Shown here: positions 56,187 through 56,263 of the stretch, piece by piece
Layout: each line of letters starts with the position of its first letter
Numbering within the stretch: position 1 is the first letter of the stretch
Origin: a virus
Lineage: Duplodnaviria; Caudoviricetes
Virus record (IMG/VR): IMGVR_UViG_3300032309_001984
Coordinates: 1-56,263 of that record
Length of the DNA: 56,263 bases
Strand: one strand, 5' to 3'
Notes under the pieces: model-generated
Database searches by the model: none
The model's input: only the letters and a program-made list of their open reading frames with translations
What the model was told of the DNA's origin: nothing
Program-made: the position numbers and the translations under genes

Positions 56187-56263
56187 ATGGCAACAAGAAT
56201 GCAACAGCGCAGAGGTACTGCAGCACAATGGACGGCTGCAAACCCAATTCTAGCAGCAGGTGA
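56187..56263 (+). CDS. Mtd/hyaluronidase N-terminal-like tail fibre (truncated by window end)
   Basis: AAGGAG SD; MATRMQQRRGTAAQWTAANPILAAG. Confidence 0.75.
   Translation, partial: MATRMQQRRGTAAQWTAANPILAAG

Overview
A 56 kb segment of a large, AT-rich tailed dsDNA phage. The host is most likely an Actinobacterium, probably a low-GC freshwater lineage; this is inferred from whiB, pervasive extended -10 leaderless promoters, an XapX protein and a cell-wall transglycosylase. Layout: (i) 1-27 kb, an accessory/metabolic region with an Ntn protease, two SGNH-like proteins plus a carbamoyltransferase, CHAP endolysin, thermonuclease, thioredoxin, CysC-like fusion, WhiB, Hsp20, KatG, two glutathione peroxidases, many 2OG-Fe(II) oxygenases and five tRNAs; (ii) 27.5-39.7 kb, a mostly minus-strand array of small early-type genes (DUF932, GP88-like, tRNA-Asp) whose spacers are packed with DnaA boxes, CRP-type palindromes, a fixed TGTCAG-N10-TAnnnT promoter, GC-rich motifs and an iteron-like repeat field; (iii) 42-56 kb, tail/baseplate/fibre genes. 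Top candidates for new biology: an extensin/AGP-like Pro-rich virion protein followed directly by a 2OG oxygenase, O-fucosyltransferase-like GT, FkbM methyltransferase and GDP-mannose 3,5-epimerase (putative hydroxyproline glycosylation system); a [14 protein letters not shown] peptide tag shared between that protein and the endolysin; and a seven-copy covarying H-type RNA pseudoknot family at transcript 3' ends. All family assignments come from motif recognition by eye; no searches were run.
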